A stretch of 64,000 bases of DNA from Dehalococcoidia bacterium (GTDB taxonomy: Bacteria; Chloroflexota; Dehalococcoidia; Lucifugimonadales; Australimonadaceae): contig DAOUJA010000062.1 of the NCBI GenBank assembly GCA_034423175.1, positions 64,526 through 128,525 on the forward strand, written 5' to 3'. A model generated the notes under the pieces. The model was not told the DNA's origin, ran no database searches, and worked only from the letters and a program-made list of their open reading frames with translations. Positions 1-7,745 of the stretch are shown piece by piece (the stretch's first letter is position 1; the number at the start of each line of letters is the position of its first letter). Position numbers and translations under genes: made by a program.

Positions 1-158
1 CCGGGGCAGGAAGCAGGCGTCCAGCGTCCGTGGCTCCGCTCATGGAACAGGCGTAGGGGGGAGGGGGCAAGGGGCGGGGTAGAACCGGCAGAGTTAGTCA
101 CAAACGGAGAGGGGCCTCCATATAATGGACGTTGTTCAGTTGGAGGAGACGCTTCCCC

Positions 159-539
159 GTGAGTGAACCCAAACCGAACCGCCACGCGCCGCAAGAGGTC
201 GACGAATACCTGGCGGCGCAGGAGCCTGCATCCCGCGCCACGCTCAAGCGGTTGCACGCGATCATCAGGGCGGCCGCACCCGGTTGCACGGAGCGCGTGA
301 GCTACAGGATCCCGATCTTCCGCCTCAAGAAGGACTTCGTAGCGCTGTCGGTGGCCCGGAATCACTGCGCCTTGCACACCATGAGCAAGGCCGTGCCAGC
401 CGCCATGCAGGACGAACTGAAGGCGGCTGGCATCGGCATCTCCGGCACGACGCTGCATTTCGAACCGGGGGCCGACTTGCCGGATTCGCTGGTGGAGAGC
501 GTCGTGCGGGCGCGACTGGCTGAGCTCGAAGGCGGATGA
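159..539 (+). CDS. DUF1801 / YdhG-like domain protein
   Basis: ORF 132..539. The pattern EVDEYLAAQ..ATLKRLHAIIRAAAPGCTERVSYRIPIF..HCALH fits the YdhG/DUF1801 layout. GGAGG at 142-146 precedes an in-frame GTG at 159; TATAAT lies at 121-126. Confidence 0.55.
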   Translation: MSEPKPNRHAPQEVDEYLAAQEPASRATLKRLHAIIRAAAPGCTERVSYRIPIFRLKKDFVALSVARNHCALHTMSKAVPAAMQDELKAAGIGISGTTLHFEPGADLPDSLVESVVRARLAELEGG

Positions 540-547
540 CGGCAGAG

Positions 548-946
548 CTACCGTTGGCCGAGCGCGTCCTCGACGTCCGTGAGGGCGAAGTCTCCGCCCT
601 TGAACAGGAGGGGTTCGCCGGTGGTCTCGGCCAGTGCGTAGGCGAAACAGTCGCCGAAGTTGAGCCCCGCGGGATGGTTGCCTTTGCCGAAGCGCCGCCA
701 CGCCTCCCGCGCGGCGTAAGCCTGTTCAACAGTCACCGGGACCAACTCGATGGGTGTCTCCGCGGTGAAGGCATCGAGGTTGCGGCCCCCTGCGGCGCCG
801 ATGCGACTTTCGAGGACCATCGCTGCTTCCAGGAAGTTCACAACCGACATGCGACAGAGCGGGGCCTCCGTCATCGATCGGTCATACTGAGCAGCATCTT
901 CCTCGCCGAAGAGGACCGTCAAGACCGCCGATGCATCCACAATCAC
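548..946 (-). CDS. vapC: PIN-domain toxin VapC
   Basis: N-terminus VIVDASAV.. with acidic PIN residues and a C-terminal ..GDCFAYALA..LLFKGGDF pattern. The GTG start at 946 overlaps the stop of the upstream antitoxin gene by 4 nt. Confidence 0.8.
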   Translation of the reverse strand: MIVDASAVLTVLFGEEDAAQYDRSMTEAPLCRMSVVNFLEAAMVLESRIGAAGGRNLDAFTAETPIELVPVTVEQAYAAREAWRRFGKGNHPAGLNFGDCFAYALAETTGEPLLFKGGDFALTDVEDALGQR

Positions 947-1200
947 TTCGGCAGGCCCCACTCGTCGTAGAGGAGTTCGGCATGATCGATCGGCGGGCCT
1001 GCCTCGCGCAGCTCCGCAGCGCACCGCTCAGCGATCGCTCGTATGCGCCGGAGCCGTTCCTCGACGCTGCGTTGATGACGCTCGCGCTCCAGGCGCTCCC
1101 GGAGGGCGACGGTGATGGCGCCGGTCATGGTGTCGTTGGTGAGCTGGGCCAACTCACTGGCAAGCCGGCAGGTCTCCTCATTCTTGATGTTCAGGCTCAT
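943..1200 (-). CDS. vapB: VapB-type antitoxin (Rv0623-like)
   Basis: 85-aa protein MSLNIKNEET..LAQLT..TMTGAITVALRERLER, typical of VapC-associated antitoxins. GGAGG lies directly upstream of the ATG; 4-nt overlap with vapC. Confidence 0.8.
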   Translation of the reverse strand: MSLNIKNEETCRLASELAQLTNDTMTGAITVALRERLERERHQRSVEERLRRIRAIAERCAAELREAGPPIDHAELLYDEWGLPK

Positions 1201-1214
1201 CGGAGCCTCCGCAG

Positions 1215-1241
1215 GGTAGAATCCCCTTGAGTGATTCTACC
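1215..1241. promoter_or_regulatory. 9-bp inverted repeat upstream of vapB (candidate antitoxin operator)
   Basis: GGTAGAATC (1215-1223) and GATTCTACC (1233-1241) are perfect reverse complements, 15-40 nt upstream of the vapB start. Confidence 0.4.
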
Positions 1242-1337
1242 ATAGGGACTCATCCTGCTTGTGCAACAGGGCTCTCAGGCAAGTGGCGCCCCGGCTGCGG
1301 CTTGACAGCTAACGATTTTATCGGTATCCATAGAGCC

Positions 1338-2861
1338 ATGAGCACACAACAGCACAACACCGCAAAGCAGATCATCGACCGGTTCGGGGGGCAGTCCGCG
1401 CTCGCGGGCCTGCTGGGCAGGCGCCAGAGCACTGTGCAGCACTGGGCCAGGACCGGGCGGATCCCCGCGCAGTGGCACGGGACTCTGCTGGACCTCGCCC
1501 GCAGGCGGGGCATCGGCCTCGAGGCCAGGGACTTCGTCGAGACGACCGCGAACGGCGTCGCGCCCGCGGAGGGCAGGCTCGGCGTCCTGATGGTTGGACT
1601 GGGGGCCGTGTCCTCGACGGTCATCGCAGGCGTCGAGCACATACGCCGCGGCTCCGGTGAACCGGTCGGTTCGCTTACGCAGATGGCCACGATCCGGCTC
1701 GGGAGGCGCACGGACAGCCGCGCTCCGTTCATCAAGGAGTTCGTTCCGCTGGCGGAGCTGGACGACCTCGTCTTTGGCGCCTGGGACCCGATCCCGGACA
1801 ATGCGTACGAGGCTGCGGTCAGGGCCGGTGTACTCGACCGCTACGACGAGATCGAACCCATCGCCGACTACCTCAGGTCCATCGAGCCGATGCCCGCGGT
1901 CTTCGACCAGGACTACGCCAAGCGCATCGACGGCACGAACGTCAAGCCGGTCGAGAGCAAGCTCAGCGCTGTCGACGCCATCCGGGAGGACATGCGTCGA
2001 TTCAAAGAGGAGAACGGCTGCGACCGGCTCGTCATGATCTGGTGCGCTTCCACCGAGAAATTCATTACCGAGGAAGAGATACACCAGGACATCGAGAGTT
2101 TCGTCTCCGCGCTCCACGCGAGCGACCCGAACATCGCGCCGTCCATGATCTACGCGTACGCCGCGCTGCTGGAGGGCGTGCCCTACATCAACGGCGCCCC
2201 GAACCTGTCGACGGACATCCCCGCGCTGGAACGGCTTGCGAAAGAGAACAGCGTTCCCATCTGCGGCAAGGACTTCAAGACCGGCCAGACGCTGGTCAAG
2301 ACGGTCATCGGCCCGATGCTGAAGGCGCGGATGCTGGGGCTGAACGGCTGGTTCTCCACGAACATCCTGGGCAACCGCGACGGCGAGGTGCTCGACGAGC
2401 CGGAGAACTTCCGCACGAAGGAGGAGTCGAAACTCGGCGTGCTGGAGCACATCCTGCAGCCGGAGATGTACCCCAGCCTGTACGGCGACGCCTACCACAA
2501 GGTGCGCATCAACTACTACCCGCCGCGCGGCGACGCCAAGGAGGGCTGGGACAACGTCGACCTGTTCGGCTGGCTGCGCCATCCCATGCAGATGAAGATC
2601 GACTTCCTCTGCTCGGACTCCATCCTCGCGGCGCCCATCGTGCTGGACCTCGTCCTGTTCACGGACCTTGCGCAGCGCGCCGGGATGGGGGGCATCCAGG
2701 AGTGGTTGTCGTTCTATTTCAAGAGCCCGCAGCACGCGCGGAACCTCTACCCGGAGCACGACCTGTTCATCCAACAGGCGAAGCTCAAGAACACGTTGCG
2801 CTGGATGATGGGCGAGGAGCAGATCACCCACCTCGGCCTGGAGTACTACTACCAGGACTAG
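1338..2861 (+). CDS. ino1: myo-inositol-1-phosphate (inositol-3-phosphate) synthase with an N-terminal Cro/YdaS-like HTH extension
   Basis: Body from ..RLGVLMVGLGAVSSTVIAG.. through ..YINGAPN..ICGKDFKTGQT..NILGNRDG.. matches MIPS. The first ~70 aa (IDRFGGQSALAGLLGRRQSTVQHWARTGRIP) look like a YdaS/Cro HTH. TTGACA (1302-1307), 17 nt, TATCCA, then 7 nt to the ATG. Confidence 0.85.
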   Translation: MSTQQHNTAKQIIDRFGGQSALAGLLGRRQSTVQHWARTGRIPAQWHGTLLDLARRRGIGLEARDFVETTANGVAPAEGRLGVLMVGLGAVSSTVIAGVEHIRRGSGEPVGSLTQMATIRLGRRTDSRAPFIKEFVPLAELDDLVFGAWDPIPDNAYEAAVRAGVLDRYDEIEPIADYLRSIEPMPAVFDQDYAKRIDGTNVKPVESKLSAVDAIREDMRRFKEENGCDRLVMIWCASTEKFITEEEIHQDIESFVSALHASDPNIAPSMIYAYAALLEGVPYINGAPNLSTDIPALERLAKENSVPICGKDFKTGQTLVKTVIGPMLKARMLGLNGWFSTNILGNRDGEVLDEPENFRTKEESKLGVLEHILQPEMYPSLYGDAYHKVRINYYPPRGDAKEGWDNVDLFGWLRHPMQMKIDFLCSDSILAAPIVLDLVLFTDLAQRAGMGGIQEWLSFYFKSPQHARNLYPEHDLFIQQAKLKNTLRWMMGEEQITHLGLEYYYQD

Positions 2862-2863
2862 AG

Positions 2864-3586
2864 ATGGCGATTCCGGACGGTTACAGCGACATCCCCAGCG
2901 GCATACCCCCGACGGTGACTTCCCTCAAACTGGTCATCTTCGATTGTGACGGCGTGTTGGTTGACAGCGAACCGCTGATAGAGAGGGCCTTCCTACGCGT
3001 GCTTGCGCGCCATGGACTACAGTTGGGCCCGGACGACTACCGGAACTTCTTCAAGGGCCTTGCAGGGAACCGCACAGCGGACATCGTGAAGGCACGCTGG
3101 GGAGTATCCCTGACCGTAGATATCAGGCAGGCCATCGATGATGAGGAATGGGAAGAGATGGAAGGCGGGCTACAGCCAGTTGCGGGAGCAGCGTACGCGG
3201 TCCGGTCGGTTGCTGCTTCGGGCACGGGGGTCTGCGTCGGTTCGAACGGCTCTCCCGACGCGATAGCGCAGCGGCTGAAGCTCACGGGCCTCTATCCCTG
3301 GTTCGAAGGGCGGATGTTCAGCGCTGCGATGGTGGCGCGCGGCAAGCCCTACCCCGACGTGTTCCTCCACGCCGCAGAGACGATGGGGTACCGTCCGTCG
3401 GACTGCGTGGTCATCGAGGACAGTGACGCAGGAGTCCGAGCCGGGCTGGCAGCCGGGATGAGGATCTTGGCTTATGTTGCGAGTCCGACGTGTGACATCG
3501 CTGAATCGAGGGGAGTCGAGCGATTCATCGACATGGCCTCGCTGCCTCCGCTGCTGGGGATCGACGCAGGAGGACAGGCGTGGTGA
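2864..3586 (+). CDS. HAD-superfamily hydrolase (phosphatase / beta-PGM-like)
   Basis: Motif I IFDCDGVLVDSE and a C-terminal ..VVIEDSDAGVRAGLAAGM.. motif. The start lies 3 nt after the ino1 stop. Confidence 0.75.
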   Translation: MAIPDGYSDIPSGIPPTVTSLKLVIFDCDGVLVDSEPLIERAFLRVLARHGLQLGPDDYRNFFKGLAGNRTADIVKARWGVSLTVDIRQAIDDEEWEEMEGGLQPVAGAAYAVRSVAASGTGVCVGSNGSPDAIAQRLKLTGLYPWFEGRMFSAAMVARGKPYPDVFLHAAETMGYRPSDCVVIEDSDAGVRAGLAAGMRILAYVASPTCDIAESRGVERFIDMASLPPLLGIDAGGQAW

Positions 3587-4248
3587 AAGCCAACGGCGGC
3601 TCCGGTGGTATGCCCCGCGGCAATGCCAGCTCCTCGCAACCGGACCTCGAGGCGTTGTTCGTCGAAATCGTCCTTGCGAATGAGACCGTCCGCGCCCTGA
3701 CCGAGCGGCTGCCGGAGTTGGGGCTGCCGGACTGCTATGTCGCCGCCGGATGCCTCTGTCAGACCGTCTGGAACCACATGAGCGGGTTCCCGCCGTCTCA
3801 TGGGATCATCGACTACGATGTCTTCTATTGCGATCTCATCGACCTCAGTTGGGAGGGAGAGGACCGCGTTATCCGGCGTTGCGCGGCAGCCTTCGCGGAC
3901 CTGGACGCCGACGTGCAGGTCCGCAATCAGGCCCGCGTACATCTGTGGTACTCCGAGAAGTTTGGCGTTCCCCAGGAACAGTTGCACAGCACGGGGGAGG
4001 GCATCGACGGCTTCCTCACTCGATGCTCTGCCCATGGACTGCGTAAGACGGCCGACGGAAGGTACGACGTGTACGCCCCGTTCGGTTTCGACGATGTCTT
4101 CGAGATGATCGTCCGTCCGAATTATGTGCACGATCTGCCCCAGGGATACCGGGAGAAAGCCGACCGGTGGCAGCAGGCCTGGCCTGGCATCACAGTCATG
4201 CCGTGGCAGGAGGACATCGGCCTGCACGGACGGCAAGGAGAAACCTGA
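3580..4248 (+). CDS. nucleotidyltransferase-family protein (DUF925 / NTP_transf_6-like)
   Basis: The pattern ..YVAAGCLCQTVWN..GIIDYDVFY.D..DLSWEGED..DADVQVRNQARVHLWY.. resembles this family. The GTG start overlaps the preceding stop; AGGAGGA at 3568-3574. Confidence 0.5.
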   Translation: MVKANGGSGGMPRGNASSSQPDLEALFVEIVLANETVRALTERLPELGLPDCYVAAGCLCQTVWNHMSGFPPSHGIIDYDVFYCDLIDLSWEGEDRVIRRCAAAFADLDADVQVRNQARVHLWYSEKFGVPQEQLHSTGEGIDGFLTRCSAHGLRKTADGRYDVYAPFGFDDVFEMIVRPNYVHDLPQGYREKADRWQQAWPGITVMPWQEDIGLHGRQGET

Positions 4249-4925
4249 TGCCGCTCTACACAGCCGCGCTCTTCGACCTCGACAACACGCTCTGGGACCG
4301 CAACGCGGCGATACGCGCGACCGGTCGACTGCTGCACGAGACGTGGCCCGCAGTGCGCGCCGTGGCGACCGCCGACGAGGCGGAGGCGAAGTTCGCTGCG
4401 TTCGACGAGGGCGGCCTGGCGGGCAGGGAGCGGCTGATGGCCCGCACGCTCGAGGAATGGCCGGGCATCGCACTGTCGCCCGAGGAGCTGTCGGCGTGGT
4501 ACCTGAAGGAGTCGCGCGCCGTCCTCCCGCTGGACCCGGACGTCTTCCCGCTGTTGCAGGGTCTGAACGCGGCAGGGGTGCCGTGGGGCATCGTCACCAA
4601 TGGACCATCGTTGGGGCAGCACCGGACGATAAGATCACGAGGACTGGAGGGGCTGACCGGGTGCGTCATCGTCTCCGATGAAGCAGGCTGCCGGAAGCCC
4701 GACGCCGCGATATTCCGGCTGGCGCTCGAATGTCTCGCAATGCCTGCCAGCCGAAACGTGCTGTTCGTTGGCGACGACGTGGCCGCGGACATGGTCGGCG
4801 CGAAGGGCGTGGGGCTCTCGACGGCGTGGGTGGGGAACGGGCAGTCGTGGCCGCCGGGCCTCGAGCCGCCGGACCACGAAGTCGCGCACGTTGCGGAGGT
4901 CAGGCCGCTCCTGCTGAGTCTCTGA
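4248..4925 (+). CDS. HAD-superfamily hydrolase
   Basis: Motif I LFDLDNTLWD, then ..GIVTNG.. and ..LFVGDD..DMVGAKGVG.. The ATG overlaps the upstream TGA (ATGA-type junction). Confidence 0.7.
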   Translation: MPLYTAALFDLDNTLWDRNAAIRATGRLLHETWPAVRAVATADEAEAKFAAFDEGGLAGRERLMARTLEEWPGIALSPEELSAWYLKESRAVLPLDPDVFPLLQGLNAAGVPWGIVTNGPSLGQHRTIRSRGLEGLTGCVIVSDEAGCRKPDAAIFRLALECLAMPASRNVLFVGDDVAADMVGAKGVGLSTAWVGNGQSWPPGLEPPDHEVAHVAEVRPLLLSL

Positions 4926-5076
4926 AGCGCGTTCGAACCGGTCTCGTTCTATCATCGGAAAGCCGACGCGGATAAGTGTCGCACTTTTCTGTATCAGTTT
5001 GCTCGCGCTCCTGTATCATAGTAGTTAAGAGGACCAGCCCAAGGACGCCCCTGGCGGTCCGGGACTATTCGACTTC

Positions 5077-6288
5077 ATGAGCAGTCAGACCAAATCCCTA
5101 CAACACCGCGCAGGACCAGTTGAGTGGAGCGATCCTGAGGGCCTCCGCTATATGGCGGCGATCTCCGTGTGGGTGCGTTGGTCGATCCTGGTGGTCGCGC
5201 TGGCGCTGCTGGCCTACCGGCCAGACTATGCGCTTCCCGTTCATCTCGGCTTCCTCCTGCTCGCCCTGTTCGCCATCGCCTGCAACGGTTACGTCCACCT
5301 GATGCTGCTGTCCGGCAGAAGCGTGACCTGGCAGTGTCTGCTCTCACTCAGCGCGATTGACGTGACCCTGATCACGGGAGGGGCCGCCGTTGGCGGGGGG
5401 TTGGAGACCCTGTGCTTCCTGCTGTACTACCCGGCGCTGGCCATGTTCGCAGTGGTCTTCGCCTCCTTCGGGATCAGTTTCGCGTGGGTGACGGTGGCTG
5501 CCGTCCTGTACAGCGTTACGGTCCTGCTGGTGGGGGAGGGACTCGACGTGTCCGCCAAAGAAGAGAAGGTGCTGATCGCCCGGATCGCCGCCATGTACGG
5601 AGTGGTGGTGGTGGTCACCCTCATCGCGCGATTCGAACACGCCAGAAGGGTGACAGCCGTTCAGCGGGAACGAGAGCTCCACAGAGAGCGCATCAAGCTC
5701 TCGCAGGCGATACATGATACGGTCGCTCAGTCCGCGTACATGATCGGGCTCGGCATCGAATCGGCCATCGCGGCGGTCGACCCGGCGAACGAGGAGCAGG
5801 TCGCGAGGCTCGAGGCGACGCACGCGCTGTCGAGGGCGTCCATGTGGGAGTTGCGCCACCCGATAGACAGCGGGCTCATATTCGAGGGCAGGGAACTCGG
5901 AGAAGTACTCGCCGCGCACGCCGGGGCATTCACCGCCATCACCTCGGTCCCTGCGAACGTGGTGCAGTCAGGCAAGGAACCCCCTCTTCCCGCGGTGACG
6001 CGGGGCCTGCTCTTCTCCATCGCACACAACGCGATGACGAACGCGATGCGGCACGCGTCTGCGAGCCGGGTCACGGTCTCGTTGGACTTCGGGAGGAAGA
6101 GTCTTCGCATGTCGATAGCCGACGATGGCGTTGGCCTTCCGCCCGGCTATGCCGACCGCGGACATGGTTTCAGGAACATGAGTGGAGACGCTGAACGGAT
6201 CGGGGGCAGGTTGGAAGTGAGCTCCAACGGGCCCGATCCTGGAACAACCGTGACGTGCGTGGTCCCGTACGACACGCATCCGGAGTAA
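5077..6288 (+). CDS. membrane sensor histidine kinase, HisKA_3 (NarX/LiaS-like) type
   Basis: Several N-terminal TM helices, an H-box ..LSQAIHDTVAQSAY.., and an HATPase region ..NAMRHA..DDGVG..GHGFRNM.. Confidence 0.8.
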   Translation: MSSQTKSLQHRAGPVEWSDPEGLRYMAAISVWVRWSILVVALALLAYRPDYALPVHLGFLLLALFAIACNGYVHLMLLSGRSVTWQCLLSLSAIDVTLITGGAAVGGGLETLCFLLYYPALAMFAVVFASFGISFAWVTVAAVLYSVTVLLVGEGLDVSAKEEKVLIARIAAMYGVVVVVTLIARFEHARRVTAVQRERELHRERIKLSQAIHDTVAQSAYMIGLGIESAIAAVDPANEEQVARLEATHALSRASMWELRHPIDSGLIFEGRELGEVLAAHAGAFTAITSVPANVVQSGKEPPLPAVTRGLLFSIAHNAMTNAMRHASASRVTVSLDFGRKSLRMSIADDGVGLPPGYADRGHGFRNMSGDAERIGGRLEVSSNGPDPGTTVTCVVPYDTHPE

Positions 6289-6311
6289 ACACACCGTGGA
6301 GGTTGGTGAAC

Positions 6312-6962
6312 ATGGCTGCAACGGAGCAGATCATGCGGGACGGATTGCGGGAGATTCTGGAGCGGTCCGGAGACTTCGAAGTCCTGGGGTATGCGAAGGA
6401 CGGGGAGGAGGCCGTCAGCGCGGCGGCAGACCTTGAGCCGGACGTCGTCATCATGGACGTGTTCATGCCGTTGAAGGACGGCATTCAGGCGTGCCGGGAG
6501 ATCGTGGACGCTCAGCCGAATACCAGGGTGCTCGTCCTGACGGCTGCCACGGAGGTGGATACCGTCATCGACGCCGTTGCAGCAGGCGCAACCGGATACT
6601 TGCAGAAGTACTCCGGGCGGGACAAACTGCTCGAGACGGTGAAGCGGGTTGCGGAGGGCGAGTATTGCATCCCCGGCGATATCGCGAGTCGTGTGTTCGC
6701 CGGGATCCGCGCGAAGGCCCGCCGGACCGACACGACGGAGTTGCGGAGGCTCACGGCGAGAGAGCAGGAGATACTGACCCTGTATGCGCAGGGCAAGTCG
6801 TACGCGGCCATCGCCGACATCAAGGGAAACCGTCCGTTGACGGTCCGGAACACGGTCTACCGCATCCAGAACAAGCTGGGCATCAAGTCGAAACAGGAAC
6901 TGGTGCTGTGGGCAGTCCGGAACGGCCTGCTGGACAGTATGGTCGTGACGCAGCGCGCCTAG
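6312..6962 (+). CDS. NarL/LuxR-family response regulator with a truncated, atypical receiver N-terminus
   Basis: Receiver elements DVVIMDVFMP, VLVLTA and GYLQK, plus a C-terminal LuxR HTH (LTAREQEILTLYAQGKSYAAIA). GGAGG at 6297-6301 sits 10 nt before ATG 6312. The usual beta1 strand and DD pair are absent. Confidence 0.7.
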   Translation: MAATEQIMRDGLREILERSGDFEVLGYAKDGEEAVSAAADLEPDVVIMDVFMPLKDGIQACREIVDAQPNTRVLVLTAATEVDTVIDAVAAGATGYLQKYSGRDKLLETVKRVAEGEYCIPGDIASRVFAGIRAKARRTDTTELRRLTAREQEILTLYAQGKSYAAIADIKGNRPLTVRNTVYRIQNKLGIKSKQELVLWAVRNGLLDSMVVTQRA

Positions 6963-7073
6963 GCCGGTCCCCGCGGCGACGTGTCCGGGGGAACCCTGAG
7001 ACGACCTGGAGCGCGTCCAGCGTCGCGGGGAGGTAGTCCGCCTCGTTGAACGCGGGGACGATGACGGTGAGGT

Positions 7074-7460
7074 TCACCGGTGGACCCGCAGCTCCGTGTG
7101 CCGTGCGAGCACGTCGAAATCGGCATCGCTGTGCAGAACGGGCGCATCCGCACGTATGGCCACGGACGCGATCAGGCAGTCCGCGAGCTTCCGCGGGGTT
7201 TCCCCTTGACGTCGGCAACGACGGTAGAGCGCCGCCGCATCCTCGTAGTCCGTTGACTCGATAGGGATGTCTACTGCCCGCGCAAGCAGGCGGCGCAGGA
7301 CCGCCAGGTGAGACTCGTCCCGCGCTCCGGCGAGCACTTCCATACGGACGGCGTCGCAGATGGCGATCTCATCGGTCAGAAGTTCGTCGACGAGAATGCA
7401 GACTGGAGAGCCTGTATCCCGCAGGAATTCAACCCACGCCGAGGTGTCGATGAGGATCAC
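7074..7460 (-). CDS. vapC: PIN-domain toxin VapC
   Basis: VILIDTSAWVEFL.. at the N-terminus and ..ADCLIASVAIRADAPVLHSDADF.. at the C-terminus. The GTG at 7460 overlaps the vapB stop by 4 nt. Confidence 0.8.
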   Translation of the reverse strand: MILIDTSAWVEFLRDTGSPVCILVDELLTDEIAICDAVRMEVLAGARDESHLAVLRRLLARAVDIPIESTDYEDAAALYRRCRRQGETPRKLADCLIASVAIRADAPVLHSDADFDVLARHTELRVHR

Positions 7461-7660
7461 AGGACACGGGGAGAGCGCATGGCATTGAGGTCGCCGTCCC
7501 AACCGGAGCCCCGCATCGCCCGGGCTTCTTCGAGAGAGGCGGGTTCAGCGGCCAGAGTGCGCAGGGCGAAGTTGACCGCCTCGCGCTTGGTGGCGAACCG
7601 GTGACGGCGCATCACCTCGGCGCATGCCTTTTCGTCGATGTCTATGTTTGTGCGTGCCAT
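7457..7660 (-). CDS. vapB: VapB-family antitoxin
   Basis: MARTNIDIDEKACAEVMRRH..TKREAVNFALR is the classic VapB antitoxin N-terminus. The ATG is at 7660. Confidence 0.75.
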   Translation of the reverse strand: MARTNIDIDEKACAEVMRRHRFATKREAVNFALRTLAAEPASLEEARAMRGSGWDGDLNAMRSPRVL

Positions 7661-7745
7661 ACACCTACCATACACCAATAGAGCAGCACACTGCACGGAG
7701 CCAGCCGGGGTTCCGACAGGCCGACCACGAATCGGAGCGCTCTCC

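Noticed and set aside
1-43. Possible 5' end of a minus-strand gene (an ATG at 43 reading out of the window).
   Set aside because: Only 14 codons are visible, which is not enough evidence to call a feature.
1275-2831. 518-aa ORF antisense to ino1. Similar long antisense or out-of-frame ORFs occur at 2042-3586 (5' part), 3472-4473, 7642-8970, 7624-8439, 10812-11900, 11916-12746, 17177-18754, 17212-19071, 21472-22503, 22487-23518, 23466-25451, 27425-28759, 28170-29501, 31406-32824, 32990-34627, 34895-36334, 36584-39322, 41918-42925, 43072-44541, 50711-52054, 51051-52133, 58358-59569 and 59706-60611.
   Set aside because: They overlap genes that have clear family signatures on the other strand or frame. 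They are rich in Arg/Ala/Gly/Pro, as expected when high-GC DNA is translated off-frame, and they lack ribosome-binding sites. I treat them as GC-driven shadow ORFs.
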